The notes beneath the pieces were generated by a model. That model was given only the letters and a program-made list of their open reading frames with translations. It was not told the DNA's origin and did no database searches. Positions 30,156 through 39,040 of a DNA stretch of 64,000 nucleotides are shown here, one piece after another (position 1 is the first letter of the stretch; each line of letters opens with the position of its first letter). The stretch comes from an uncultured Actinomycetes bacterium (GTDB taxonomy: Bacteria; Actinomycetota; Actinomycetes; Streptosporangiales; Streptosporangiaceae), in assembly GCA_963762735.1 (NCBI GenBank), contig CAVXMG010000029.1, positions 162,351 through 226,350 on the forward strand, in the 5' to 3' direction. The position numbers and the translations under genes were made by a program.

Positions 30156-30740
30156 ATCGAGAGCTATCTTTGGCGTGTGCGAGCTAGCCGGCTGGTCGGG
30201 CTGCTTGGCCTGCTGCAGGCCCGGGGCCGGATGACCGCCGCGCAACTCGCCGCCGAGCTTGAGGTGTCGCCGCGCACCGTGCTGCGCGACATCGAGGCGC
30301 TCAGTGCCGCCGGGATCCCGGTGTATGCGGCCCGCGGGAGCCTGGGCGGGTTCGAGCTGATCGACGGATTCCGCAGCGATCTGCCGGCCGCGGCCAGCGC
30401 CCCGTCGCGCAGCCCAGGCCCGGGCGGCGCGGCGGACCAGCGGGCGCGGGTCCGGCTGTCGCCACGTGGGCGGCGCCTTGCCGCGCTGCTCGGCCGGCCC
30501 GCGGACATCCGGATCCGCCGCAGCCCGCACGCGGTCGCCGGGCGCGAGGACTGGGTCGAGGCCTGGGTGCGGATCGACTCGCCCGACATCGCGGTGCTCG
30601 ACATGCTCGCCCTCGGCGCCGAGGTCGAGGTGCTCCACCCGCCCGAACTGCGCACCGGCGTCCGGGAGGCGGCGACCCGGATAGCCGCCCTGCACACCAG
30701 CCCGGCAGGTCCCCGTGACGCGGGCACCCCATCATCCTGA
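30138..30740 (+). CDS. YafY-family HTH transcriptional regulator with reduced/absent WYL domain
   Basis: RASRLVGLLGLLQARGRMTAAQLAAELEVSPRTVLRDIEAL HTH and a WCX-like C-terminus (WVEAWVRIDS...LALGAEVEVLHPPELR). The real start may be GTG 30177. Confidence 0.75.
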   Translation: MTSSVMIESYLWRVRASRLVGLLGLLQARGRMTAAQLAAELEVSPRTVLRDIEALSAAGIPVYAARGSLGGFELIDGFRSDLPAAASAPSRSPGPGGAADQRARVRLSPRGRRLAALLGRPADIRIRRSPHAVAGREDWVEAWVRIDSPDIAVLDMLALGAEVEVLHPPELRTGVREAATRIAALHTSPAGPRDAGTPSS

Positions 30741-30778
30741 AGGCCTGTCCCTGGATACGAGGAACAGGCCTTCAGGAT
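30734..30778 (+). terminator. 15-bp stem-loop overlapping the regulator stop codon
   Basis: ATCCTGAAGGCCTGT, 15-nt loop, ACAGGCCTTCAGGAT. Confidence 0.65.
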
Positions 30779-30810
30779 CATGGGGAAGCGCACGCGCCCC
30801 TCGGGAACGA

Positions 30811-30840
30811 CTGACAGCCCCTTCGGCGAGGGGCTGTCAG
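30811..30840. terminator. 12-bp stem-loop between convergent genes
   Basis: CTGACAGCCCCT-TCGGCG-AGGGGCTGTCAG. Confidence 0.65.
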
Positions 30841-30865
30841 GCGGGACCTGGGCCGACCGGGCCAT

Positions 30866-31165
30866 TCACAGGCCGCCGAGCAGGTCGCGCAGTGCCTGGG
30901 TGTAGGCGCCGAGCGCCTTCCGGCCGCGGTCGGTGAGGGCCACCGTGGTTTTCGGCGCGGTCCCGTTTTTAGTTTTCTCGCTGGCCAGGTAGCCGGCTTC
31001 TTCGAGTTTGCGCAGGTGGATGATCAGGTTGCCGGGTGTCAGCCCGATCATGTCCTGCAGCCGGGTGAAGGACAGGGCGTCGCCGTCAGGCAGTGCCGCC
31101 AGCGTCGCAACGATCTTCAGCCGGGTAGGGACGTGGATCAATGGGTCCAGCTCCTCTGTGGTCAT
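30866..31165 (-). CDS. winged-helix transcriptional regulator (HTH_34 / ArsR-PadR-like, 99 aa)
   Basis: LDPLIHVPTRLKIVATLAAL...FTRLQDMIGLTPGNLIIHLRKLEEAGYL. ATGA overlap with the upstream membrane-protein gene. Confidence 0.8.
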   Translation of the reverse strand: MTTEELDPLIHVPTRLKIVATLAALPDGDALSFTRLQDMIGLTPGNLIIHLRKLEEAGYLASEKTKNGTAPKTTVALTDRGRKALGAYTQALRDLLGGL

Positions 31166-31824
31166 GGCCGGACCACACTTTGGTGCAGCTGCCAGAACCC
31201 ATAGGCGGCGTTGCCCAGCATCGCCAGGCAGAGCCCGATGCCCATGACCAGCCAGCAGTAGACCGGCCCGGTCAGCGCGGCGAACGCGGCGACGATGGCC
31301 ACTCCCCAGCAGGTGGCGGCCAGCGGCCAGTCTTGCCGTCCTGCCGCCCAGGCCGCGGCGGCCAGGCCGACGATGAGGAACGGCGCGGTAGCCGGGTAGA
31401 CCCCGTAGATGATGGAGTCGCCGGTCTTGTAGAACGCGCCCTCGAACACGTACACCAGGACCCAGCCGCTCAGCAGCACGCCCATCCCGATGTTCCTTGC
31501 CCGCTGGGCCGGCCCGGACACCCCGGCGCCCGAGCGCCTGAGCGCCCTGGTGCTCCAGGCGACCACGATGCCCACCAGACCGTAGGTGATGGCGATGGCC
31601 CAGGGCTTGGGCCCGGTGAACGGGTGCTGGCCGCGCACCGAGAGCCAGAGGCCGCCGAAGGCGACAAGCACGACGAACGCCCGGAACACGTTGAGCATCG
31701 GCGGATTGGGCTGGAACCTGCGGCGGGCCTGCTGCGTGGTCTGGTCCAGCAGTGCCGCAGCCTCCTGGGGGTCAAGCGGGCTCTCGTTGCCGGTGATGGT
31801 CTCGTTGTCGGGTGTGTGGTTCAT
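31162..31824 (-). CDS. membrane protein (about 5 TM helices), first gene of a two-gene operon with the HTH regulator
   Basis: GGAGGA RBS before ATG 31824. Hydrophobic helices throughout. Confidence 0.75.
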   Translation of the reverse strand: MNHTPDNETITGNESPLDPQEAAALLDQTTQQARRRFQPNPPMLNVFRAFVVLVAFGGLWLSVRGQHPFTGPKPWAIAITYGLVGIVVAWSTRALRRSGAGVSGPAQRARNIGMGVLLSGWVLVYVFEGAFYKTGDSIIYGVYPATAPFLIVGLAAAAWAAGRQDWPLAATCWGVAIVAAFAALTGPVYCWLVMGIGLCLAMLGNAAYGFWQLHQSVVRP

Positions 31825-31842
31825 CTTCTCTCCTCCGATCGA

Positions 31843-31918
31843 ACTTTATGTCATAAAGTAGAGCCGACTTTATGGCGTAAAGTCAAGGGTCTGGGCCAAG
31901 AACTTTATGACATAAAGT
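31843..31918. promoter_or_regulatory. three copies of the palindromic operator ACTTTATG-N-CATAAAGT
   Basis: Sites at 31843-31859 (perfect), 31867-31883 (one mismatch) and 31902-31918 (perfect), immediately upstream of the 31824 start codon. Confidence 0.75.
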
Positions 31919-32007
31919 CGAGCGCCCGGGAGCCACGGAGCCGCGCCCCAGCAAGAGCCCGGGATCCCCGCAGCCCGCACGCGCCTACGCTGCCGGACGG
32001 CCCGTGA

Positions 32008-33066
32008 TCAGGCGGTCAGCTCGCGGCGGACCTGCCCGGCGCCGGCGACCATCGCGCGCAGTTTGGCCCGGGCCACGTCGGGGGGCAGGTGGCGCAGGCC
32101 GCAGTCGGGGTTGACCATCAGCCGGTCGGCCGGGATGAACTCAAGCGCGCGGTGGATCCGGGAAGCCACCAGCCCCGGCGCCTCCACCTCGGTGGCCTTC
32201 ACGTCGATCACGCCGAGGCCCAGGTAGCGGTCCCAGGCGTGCTCCTTGAGCAGCCGCAGGTCGTCCAGGCCCTTGCGGGCGAACTCAAGCACGAGCGCGT
32301 CCACGTGCGCCGAGTTCACCGCCGGGAACAGGAAGTCGTAGTGCCCCTCCCACAGCGGCCGGGCGTAGCGGTTGCCGTAACAGACGTGCAGCGCCCAGGT
32401 GGCGTCCACCCCGGCCGTCACGATGTTGACCGCCTCGATCGCCAGGTCCACCTGTTCCGGGTAGCCGGCCAGGAACGGCTCGTCGATCTGCAGCAGGTCG
32501 GCGCCGGCCGCGGCCAGTTCCCGCGCCTGGGCGTTGAGCCGCCGGGCGAGCGCGCGGACCAGGTCCGCCGGGTCGGCGTAGCCGGTGTCGCGGATCCGGC
32601 GCGACAGCGAGAACGGCCCGGTGAAGGAGAACTTGACCGGGCGCGCCGTCTGCTCCCTGGTGAACGCGAAGTCCGCGGCGAGCCCCGGGCTCACCCCGGT
32701 GGCCTCCGGCAGCGGCGCACTCACCACCGCGTCGTAGTAGTCGTAGTAGTCGGTCTTGGACCGGTCCGGGATCTCCACCCCGGGGATGCGGGTGAGCAGG
32801 TAGTCGATGTCGTTGTCGCGCCGAAGTTCGCCGTCGGACACGATGTCCACGCCGGCGAGTTCCTGGTCCTTCAGCGCCGCCTTGATCGCCACATCGTGGA
32901 TCTCGTCCAGGTGGTGCGCGCTGATCCGGCGCTGGTGATAGTCGGTCTTCAGGTGGCCGAGCCACTCCGGCACCGAGTACGAGCCGACCACGGTCGTGGC
33001 CAGCGGCGTGGCGCGCAGCGCGGCCGTCGCCGAGCCAGCGGCGTGATCCGGTGCGCTCTGGTCCAT
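32008..33066 (-). CDS. cobalamin-independent methionine synthase (MetE C-terminal domain / Meth_synt_2) family protein
   Basis: VGSYSVPEWL...DIVSDGELRRDN...HVCYGN...NPDCGLRHLP zinc/homocysteine-binding motifs. Confidence 0.85.
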   Translation of the reverse strand: MDQSAPDHAAGSATAALRATPLATTVVGSYSVPEWLGHLKTDYHQRRISAHHLDEIHDVAIKAALKDQELAGVDIVSDGELRRDNDIDYLLTRIPGVEIPDRSKTDYYDYYDAVVSAPLPEATGVSPGLAADFAFTREQTARPVKFSFTGPFSLSRRIRDTGYADPADLVRALARRLNAQARELAAAGADLLQIDEPFLAGYPEQVDLAIEAVNIVTAGVDATWALHVCYGNRYARPLWEGHYDFLFPAVNSAHVDALVLEFARKGLDDLRLLKEHAWDRYLGLGVIDVKATEVEAPGLVASRIHRALEFIPADRLMVNPDCGLRHLPPDVARAKLRAMVAGAGQVRRELTA

Positions 33067-34580
33067 CAGTCACGCACCTGCGCGGTCAGCGTCTTGACAT
33101 TGACGCCAGGACGACGGCCCGGGGCGATCTGGACGTCGAAGCCGCGCCGGTTGCCCGCCAGGGCCAGCAGCGGCCCGTTGACCCAGTTCACCACCGAGCC
33201 GTCATACTTGCCGGGCCCGTGGAACCCGGTGAGGTAGCCGTCCGGCGCGGTCAGGAACAGGTCGTGGCACTGCAGCCGGCCGAACGGGTGCAGCAGCGGC
33301 AGCGTGTCCGCGAAGCTGGCAAGCGCGCCGTTGCTGACGTGCATCCGCGCGTCGCCGCAGCTTTCCAGCAGCGGCCGCAGGATCTCGCCGGTGATGGCCG
33401 GGGTCACCTGGTAGGCGTCCAGGCCGTCCAGCGGCACATAACGCTCCTGCAGCCGCAGCGCGGACCAGGTTTCCTGCCAGAACGCCACGGCATCACCGGT
33501 GCCGGGGAACCGGCCGGGCGCCGCCTCGGCGAGCAGGTCGGGCCCCAGCCGGAGCAGCCGGTGGATGAGCGCGGCCAGCTCGCCTGGCCTGGTGTGGTAG
33601 CGGCGCGCGATCCGCACCGCGTCCGCCCGGCGCAGGCAGGCACGCACCTCCACCAGGTAGGGGTGCCCGCGGATGCTGGCCACGTCGTCGGTCGGCAGAT
33701 TGTCGTAGACGTTGGAGATGTAGACGCAGAACGCCTTGCCCCGCAGGAACCCCAGGGTCTGCTGCGGCCGGGTCGCGTCGAGCACCAGCGTGCTGACCTT
33801 GCCCCCGTGGTGGGCGACCGCCTTCCTGGCCCGGTCGAGCACGTGCGCGGAGTAGTCGCCCATCAGGTAGTGCAGCCGGCGGTAGTAGTCCCGCCCGTGC
33901 TGTGCGTCCAGCTCGGCGAACGTGTCCAGCCAGGTGCGCGCCTGGCTGCCGTTGCCCACGCCGAGTTCGGCGATGTAGAGCTCCTCGGGCAGCGCCCGCC
34001 GCGCGTCCAGCTCGTCCCAGACCCGCAGCAGCTCGCGGATCAGGTCCCCGGCCACGCCGGTGTCGCGGGCCTGGCTCCGCCCGCCGGGCAGTGCCTGCTC
34101 GTACTCCCGCCCCGTGGCCTCCTCCCAGCGGGAGAGCGCCTGCCAGTACAGGGTGTTGAACCGCCACAGGCAGCTTTCGCTGGCGGGCTGCCACCGTTCC
34201 AAGAGGACAAGCCCGGTCCCGTCCGGCCCGGCCTGCTCGGCCAGGGCCCGGGTGACCCGTGCGGCCAGGTCGCCGTCGCCGCAGCGGCGCAGGTCGATGG
34301 CGATCTCCAGGCCGCTCCGCGCGCCGCCCGGCTCGGCCTGGTGCGGGCGGTCGGTCAGCACCGGGCGCACCTCGACCGGCTCGTAGAAGTTGTGCCGGTA
34401 CTGGATCCAGTCGCAGACCACGCGCAGGCTGGCCAGGTCCAGCGCGGCCGAGCTCTCTGCTAGTCCTGGCCCCGCCGCCCCGCCCAAGGCGGCGAAGACC
34501 GGCGCGAGCGCGGCCGCCACGTCCACCGGGTCCGGGCCGGTCAGCTTCGCCACCGGCCGCACGTCAATCAGCACAGGCAC
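33066..34580 (-). CDS. uncharacterised class I SAM-dependent methyltransferase-like protein (MidA/Methyltransf_28-like), 504 aa
   Basis: Motif I-like IAELGVGNG and a YISNVYDNLP region. TGATG overlap with the downstream MetE-like gene. The family assignment is my reading only. Confidence 0.55.
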   Translation of the reverse strand: MPVLIDVRPVAKLTGPDPVDVAAALAPVFAALGGAAGPGLAESSAALDLASLRVVCDWIQYRHNFYEPVEVRPVLTDRPHQAEPGGARSGLEIAIDLRRCGDGDLAARVTRALAEQAGPDGTGLVLLERWQPASESCLWRFNTLYWQALSRWEEATGREYEQALPGGRSQARDTGVAGDLIRELLRVWDELDARRALPEELYIAELGVGNGSQARTWLDTFAELDAQHGRDYYRRLHYLMGDYSAHVLDRARKAVAHHGGKVSTLVLDATRPQQTLGFLRGKAFCVYISNVYDNLPTDDVASIRGHPYLVEVRACLRRADAVRIARRYHTRPGELAALIHRLLRLGPDLLAEAAPGRFPGTGDAVAFWQETWSALRLQERYVPLDGLDAYQVTPAITGEILRPLLESCGDARMHVSNGALASFADTLPLLHPFGRLQCHDLFLTAPDGYLTGFHGPGKYDGSVVNWVNGPLLALAGNRRGFDVQIAPGRRPGVNVKTLTAQVRD

Positions 34581-34594
34581 CTCCGGGCGTCGGC

Positions 34595-34673
34595 GCCGCT
34601 AGCCCGGGGGGACGACCCCCCTGGAACCCCCCGCTGGCCTCAGGCCCCATTCCTTCGTCACGGGGCCTTGGCC
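34595..34673. repeat. interspersed double-hairpin repeat, copy 2 (full length)
   Basis: GCCGCTAGCCCGGGGGGACGACCCCCCTGGAACCCCCCGCTGGCCTCAGGCCCCATTCCTTCGTCACGGGGCCTTGGCC. Contains the MetF-like stop codon. Confidence 0.85.
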
Positions 34674-35578
34674 CGCAGCCCGGCGCGTTCCAGGATGCCG
34701 GGAATCCCGTGCTCGTACCCGGGCGCCATGACATGCACGCCGCTGACCCCGGGGATCTCGCGGATCTGCTCGATGATCTCCACGCAGATGCGCAGCCCCT
34801 CCTCGGCGACCTGGTCGGCAGGGACCGCCCGCAGCCGGCGGTCGACCTCATCGGGGATGTGCAAGCCGGGCACGCCGGTGCGCATGTGGTCCAGGGCCCG
34901 CAGCGAGCGCACCGGCCCCACGCCGGCGAGGATCCGGCAGCGCTCGCCGAGCCCGAGGTCACCCACCTCACCCATCCAGCGCGCGAAGGCGGGCACGTCG
35001 AACACGAACTGCGTCTGGACGAACTCGGCGCCCGCGTCGGCCTTCTTGGCGAGCCGCGCGGCGCGGAACCCGGCCGGCGGGGCGAACGGGTTCTCGACCG
35101 CGCCGATGAGCCAGGCCGGCCGGCTGGACAGTGCCCGGCCGGACAGCAGCCGGCCCTCGTCGCGCATCATCCGGGCGGCCCACAGGAGCTGCACGCTGTC
35201 CAGGTCGAACACGGGCCTGGCGTCCGGGTGGTCGCCGAACTTCGGGTGATCGCCGGTCATCAGCAGCACGTTCGGTATGCCCACGGCGGAGGCGGCGAGC
35301 AGGTCAGACTGGAGCGCGAGCCGGTTACGGTCGCGGCAGGTGAGCTGCATGACCGGCTCGACCCCGGCCTCCGCGGCCAGCAGGCTGCCCGCCCAGCTCG
35401 CCATCCGCACGTGCGCACCGGCGTTGTCGGTGATGTTGATGGCGTCCACCCAGCCCACCAGCGGCGCCACCTTGCGGCGCAGCGCCCCTGGATCCGCCCC
35501 GCGCGGCGGGCCGATCTCCGCGGTCACCGCGAACGCGCCCGAGGCGAGCCGGGCGCGCAGGCCAGCGCCCGCGCTCAC
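34658..35578 (-). CDS. methylenetetrahydrofolate reductase (MetF-like catalytic subunit)
   Basis: GTG 35578 gives VSAGAGLRARLASGAFAVTAEIGPPRG..., a MTHFR TIM-barrel of 306 aa. The 472-aa track ORF is an upstream run-on. Confidence 0.8.
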   Translation of the reverse strand: MSAGAGLRARLASGAFAVTAEIGPPRGADPGALRRKVAPLVGWVDAINITDNAGAHVRMASWAGSLLAAEAGVEPVMQLTCRDRNRLALQSDLLAASAVGIPNVLLMTGDHPKFGDHPDARPVFDLDSVQLLWAARMMRDEGRLLSGRALSSRPAWLIGAVENPFAPPAGFRAARLAKKADAGAEFVQTQFVFDVPAFARWMGEVGDLGLGERCRILAGVGPVRSLRALDHMRTGVPGLHIPDEVDRRLRAVPADQVAEEGLRICVEIIEQIREIPGVSGVHVMAPGYEHGIPGILERAGLRAKAP

Positions 35579-36018
35579 CGGTGCTCCTCGGACACGGCGC
35601 TGGGCTGCCGCGCGGCCGACGGGGCCCACAGGTTCTCGTCGTCGCCGCGCCAGTAGCCGATCCAGGCGCTCTGCCCCGAGCGCCGGTGGTCCACCGGCCG
35701 CTGCAAGAGGAGCAGGTCGGCCACCCGCCCCTCGCGCTCCGCCCGCTCGTAGGCGACCACCCACACGCACCGCATGTCCGGAAACACCTCGCACGAGCCG
35801 TCCGCGCCGACACCGCCGCAGGGCCCGTTCCGCAACTGCTTGGGGCAGGTCGCCGGGCAGGCGTACCCGGTGACCGGCAGCGTGCACTGGCCGCACATCC
35901 GGCAGCCGAACGCCCCGCCCTTGGTCACCTTCTCGGCGGCGGTGAAGGCGCGGAGCGCGGCCGGGGATCTGGCCAGCGCGCCCGCGAGCCTGCGGTAGGC
36001 GGCGTTCGGCGCCAGCAC
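35575..36018 (-). CDS. MTHFR C-terminal-domain (MetV-like) Cys-rich zinc-ribbon protein
   Basis: CRMCGQC...CP..CPKQLRNGPCGG motifs. GTGA overlap with the MetF-like gene. Start uncertain: GTG 36018 is the first start outside the repeat element. Confidence 0.7.
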   Translation of the reverse strand: MLAPNAAYRRLAGALARSPAALRAFTAAEKVTKGGAFGCRMCGQCTLPVTGYACPATCPKQLRNGPCGGVGADGSCEVFPDMRCVWVVAYERAEREGRVADLLLLQRPVDHRRSGQSAWIGYWRGDDENLWAPSAARQPSAVSEEHR

Positions 36019-36070
36019 GCGCTGCAGGCGGTAAGCCAGCCAGCCGGGCAGCCGCGGCCGGACCGGCCGT

Positions 36071-36146
36071 GGCCAAGGCCCCGTGACGGAGGAACGGGGC
36101 CTTGAGCCAGCGGGGGTTCCGGGGGTCGTCCTCCGGGCTAGCACGG
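36071..36146. repeat. interspersed double-hairpin repeat, copy 3 (full length, inverted relative to copy 2)
   Basis: GGCCAAGGCCCCGTGACGGAGGAACGGGGCCTTGAGCCAGCGGGGGTTCCGGGGGTCGTCCTCCGGGCTAGCAC. Confidence 0.85.
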
Positions 36147-36162
36147 CCAAGGCCCCGCGCGG

Positions 36163-37089
36163 TCAGGAGAAGACGATCGTGGAGTTCTGGTGGACAATTA
36201 CCCGGTCCTCCAGGTGCCAGCCGACCGCGCGGGCGAGCACGGCGCGTTCCACGTGCCGCCCGAGCCGGCGCAGGTCATCGGCCGAGCACCGGTGGTCCAC
36301 CCGGACGATGTCCTGCTCGATGATCGGCCCCGCGTCCAGTTCCGCGGTCACGTAGTGGGCGGTCGCGCCGATGAGCTTGACGCCCCGTGCGGCCGCCCTG
36401 CGGTAGGGCTCGGCGCCCGCGAACGCCGGCAGGAAGCTGTGGTGGATGTTGATGATCGGCGCGGTGAACTCGGACAGGAACCGCGGCGACAGTATCTGCA
36501 TGTACCTGGCCAGGATGACCAGGTCGGCCTCGCCGGCCAGCAACTGCAACTGTGCGGTCTCGGCCGCGTCCTTGGTCTGCGGGGTGACCGGGGTGTGGTG
36601 GAACGGCAGTCCCCACCAGGCGGCGGCTTCCCCGGCGTCCGTATGGTTAGAAATGATCATTCTGATGTCGGCATGCAGTTCACCGCTCTGCGCCCGCCAC
36701 AGGATCTCCTGGAGGGCGTGGTCGGTCCGGGACACCATGATCGCCACGCGCTTCAGGTCCGCGGCCCTGGTCAGCTTCCAGCGCATGGAGAACCGGTCGG
36801 CCATCCGTGCGAACCGTTCCCCGAGTTCGCCGGCCCGCTGGTCGAGGCCGCCGAGGTGGAACTCCAGGCGCAGGAAGAACGTGCCGCCGAAGGGGTCGGT
36901 GGAGTACTGCTGCGACTCGGTGATGTTCGCGCCGGCCTCGAACAGGAACTGGGACACGGCGGCGACGATGCCCGGCCGGTCCGGGCAGGTGATCACCAGG
37001 CGGCCGACGTCGGCATAACGCTCATCGGGCCGGCTCCGCACTGCCCGCGGCTTCGGCCCGCGCACCAGGGCACCGACATCGGATTCCAT
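36163..37089 (-). CDS. purU: formyltetrahydrofolate deformylase
   Basis: N-terminal ACT domain, then [21 protein letters not shown]...[18 protein letters not shown]. Confidence 0.9.
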   Translation of the reverse strand: MESDVGALVRGPKPRAVRSRPDERYADVGRLVITCPDRPGIVAAVSQFLFEAGANITESQQYSTDPFGGTFFLRLEFHLGGLDQRAGELGERFARMADRFSMRWKLTRAADLKRVAIMVSRTDHALQEILWRAQSGELHADIRMIISNHTDAGEAAAWWGLPFHHTPVTPQTKDAAETAQLQLLAGEADLVILARYMQILSPRFLSEFTAPIINIHHSFLPAFAGAEPYRRAAARGVKLIGATAHYVTAELDAGPIIEQDIVRVDHRCSADDLRRLGRHVERAVLARAVGWHLEDRVIVHQNSTIVFS

Positions 37090-37222
37090 CCAGCCTCCCC
37101 TTCATCCGCCCTATGTCATTTCCCCGGATCATTTTCCGAGTGTGCAACGCGATACCGGCGCCGGGCACCGAGTACGGGCACAATCTTGGCCAGCGCCCTT
37201 TTGTGTCCTACCACAAAGGTAG

Positions 37223-39040
37223 TCACAGGGCCGAGCGCAGCCGCTCTATGGCGGCGAGGTCGCCGTCGAACCGCAGTACCACGCCGTGAGCCAGGACGGC
37301 GGCCTGGGCAGCCAGGATGGCCGCCAGGTCAAGCCCGACCGCGGCGGCGCTGCCGCCCGCCCGCTCCAGGGCCCGCAGCGTCGACTCCGGGATCGTCACC
37401 CCGGGGACCTCGTGGGCGAGGAACTCGGCCTCGTCGAACCCGCTCAGCGGGGCCAGCGCCAGCAGCACGGGGACGCCAGCGTCCAGTTCGGCGGTCATCC
37501 GCCGGAAGGTGTCCAGCTCGTACACGGGGCGGGTGATCAGGAACTGGGCGCCCGCGCGCAGCTTGGCCCTGGTGCGGGCCACCTCGGCCGTGGCGTCCTC
37601 CGCCCCGGGGTTGAAGCGGGCCCCGATGTGGAACGAGGTCCTGGTCGCCAGCGGCAGGCCGTTGCTGTCCCTGCCCTGGTTCAGCCCGTTCAGCAGCCCG
37701 GCCAGCCCCACGGAGTCGACCTCCCAGATTCCGTCGACGTTGGGGTAGTCGCCCCGCAGAGGCGGGTTGCCGGTGGCGCAGACCACGGTCCGCATGCCGA
37801 GCGCATGCGCCCCGAGCAGGTCGGCCTGCAGCGCCATGATGGTCTTGTCCCAGGTCGTCATCGTGGCGACGGCGTCGGCACCGAGCCGCTGGCGCAACTG
37901 CAGCGCCAGGTTCAGCGGGCTCAGGTGGGCCCGCGCGGTCTGCCGCGGCGAGACCAGGAAGGTGTCGAGGCCGCGTTCGCGCAGCGCCGCAACGGCGTCC
38001 GCGGCCTGGTCGCCGGCGCCGTCGGCCGTCGGGACGATCTCCGCGGCGACCACGAACCGCCCGGCGGCGAGCCGTTCCGCCAGCCCGCCCGGCTCCGCCG
38101 GGGCAGCGGCGGGCCCTTCGGCCGGGGCCGTGACGCTTGCCGTGGCCCGCCGGGGCCGGGGGCGCTGGGCGGCGACCGCGGCCACAGCCGCCTCGAGATG
38201 GGTGGGCGTGGTGCCGCAGCAACCGCCGATCAAGGACGCGCCCGCGTCCGCGTACCGGCGCGCGTACCTGGCGAAATACCCGCCGTCGATGGGGTACTCG
38301 AACCGCCGCCCGGCGGCCCGCCTGGGCAGCCCGGCGTTGGGCTGGGCGCTCACCGGCAGGGACGTATGCCGGATCAGCTCGGTGACCACGGTGAGGGTGT
38401 GCTGCGGCCCGAGCGTGCAGTTGGTGCCCAGCGCGACGACCGGCAGGCGGGACAGGGCGATCGCCACCTCCCGCGGGGTCTCGCCGCCGAGCGTGCGGCC
38501 GTCGGGGGCGAACGTGGCCTGGGCGACGATCGGTGCTCCGGTCAGTTCCGCGGCGGCGGTGACCGCTTCGGTGAGTTCGTCGAGATACCCGAAGGTTTCC
38601 AGGATGAGCACGTCCACGCCGCCCTCGGCGAGCGCGCTGACCTGCTCGCGGATCGCGGCGACCCGCTGGGCGGGGGAGAGGAGGGGGCGCTGGCGCGCGG
38701 TCACCGCCGGGGACACGGAACCGGCCACGAAGACCCGGCGCCCGGCCTTGTCCTGCGCCGCGCGCGCGATCCGCACCCCGGCGAGGTTGATCTCGCGCAC
38801 CGGCCCGGCCGACCCGTGCTCGGCCAGCCGCAGCGCGCTGGCGCCGAACGTGTTGGTCTGGATGACGTCCACGCCCGCGGAAAGGTAGCTCTCGTGCACC
38901 GTGCTGACCAGTTCGGCGTTGCTGAGGTTCAGTTCGGGCAGCGCCCGGTCAAGTGAGTTCCCGGCGGCGTGCAGCATGGTGCCCATGGCGCCGTCGCACA
39001 TCAGCACGCCTTCGTGCAGTGCGGTGACGAACCCGGTCAC
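37223..39040 (-). CDS. bifunctional homocysteine S-methyltransferase / methylenetetrahydrofolate reductase (YitJ-like)
   Basis: N-terminal S-methyl_trans domain (LMCDGAMGTML...IQTNTFGAS...GGCCGTTP) fused to a C-terminal MTHFR domain. GTGA overlap with pucR. Confidence 0.85.
   Translation of the reverse strand: MTGFVTALHEGVLMCDGAMGTMLHAAGNSLDRALPELNLSNAELVSTVHESYLSAGVDVIQTNTFGASALRLAEHGSAGPVREINLAGVRIARAAQDKAGRRVFVAGSVSPAVTARQRPLLSPAQRVAAIREQVSALAEGGVDVLILETFGYLDELTEAVTAAAELTGAPIVAQATFAPDGRTLGGETPREVAIALSRLPVVALGTNCTLGPQHTLTVVTELIRHTSLPVSAQPNAGLPRRAAGRRFEYPIDGGYFARYARRYADAGASLIGGCCGTTPTHLEAAVAAVAAQRPRPRRATASVTAPAEGPAAAPAEPGGLAERLAAGRFVVAAEIVPTADGAGDQAADAVAALRERGLDTFLVSPRQTARAHLSPLNLALQLRQRLGADAVATMTTWDKTIMALQADLLGAHALGMRTVVCATGNPPLRGDYPNVDGIWEVDSVGLAGLLNGLNQGRDSNGLPLATRTSFHIGARFNPGAEDATAEVARTRAKLRAGAQFLITRPVYELDTFRRMTAELDAGVPVLLALAPLSGFDEAEFLAHEVPGVTIPESTLRALERAGGSAAAVGLDLAAILAAQAAVLAHGVVLRFDGDLAAIERLRSAL

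Noticed and set aside
34595-36146. The metV-metF pair flanked by inverted repeats as a composite transposon.
   Set aside because: There is no transposase and no obvious target-site duplication. The same element occurs singly at many other gene ends, so it was reported only as a repeat-bracketed module.
37090-37222. A ZTP or other folate-related riboswitch in the purU leader, or a SAM/B12 riboswitch elsewhere in the one-carbon operon.
   Set aside because: I could not find the conserved cores by eye (for example the GGGUCGUGAC...CCGCCUGGGC pseudoknot parts of ZTP). The other intergenic gaps are too short or are filled by the repeat element. An Infernal/Rfam scan would be needed.
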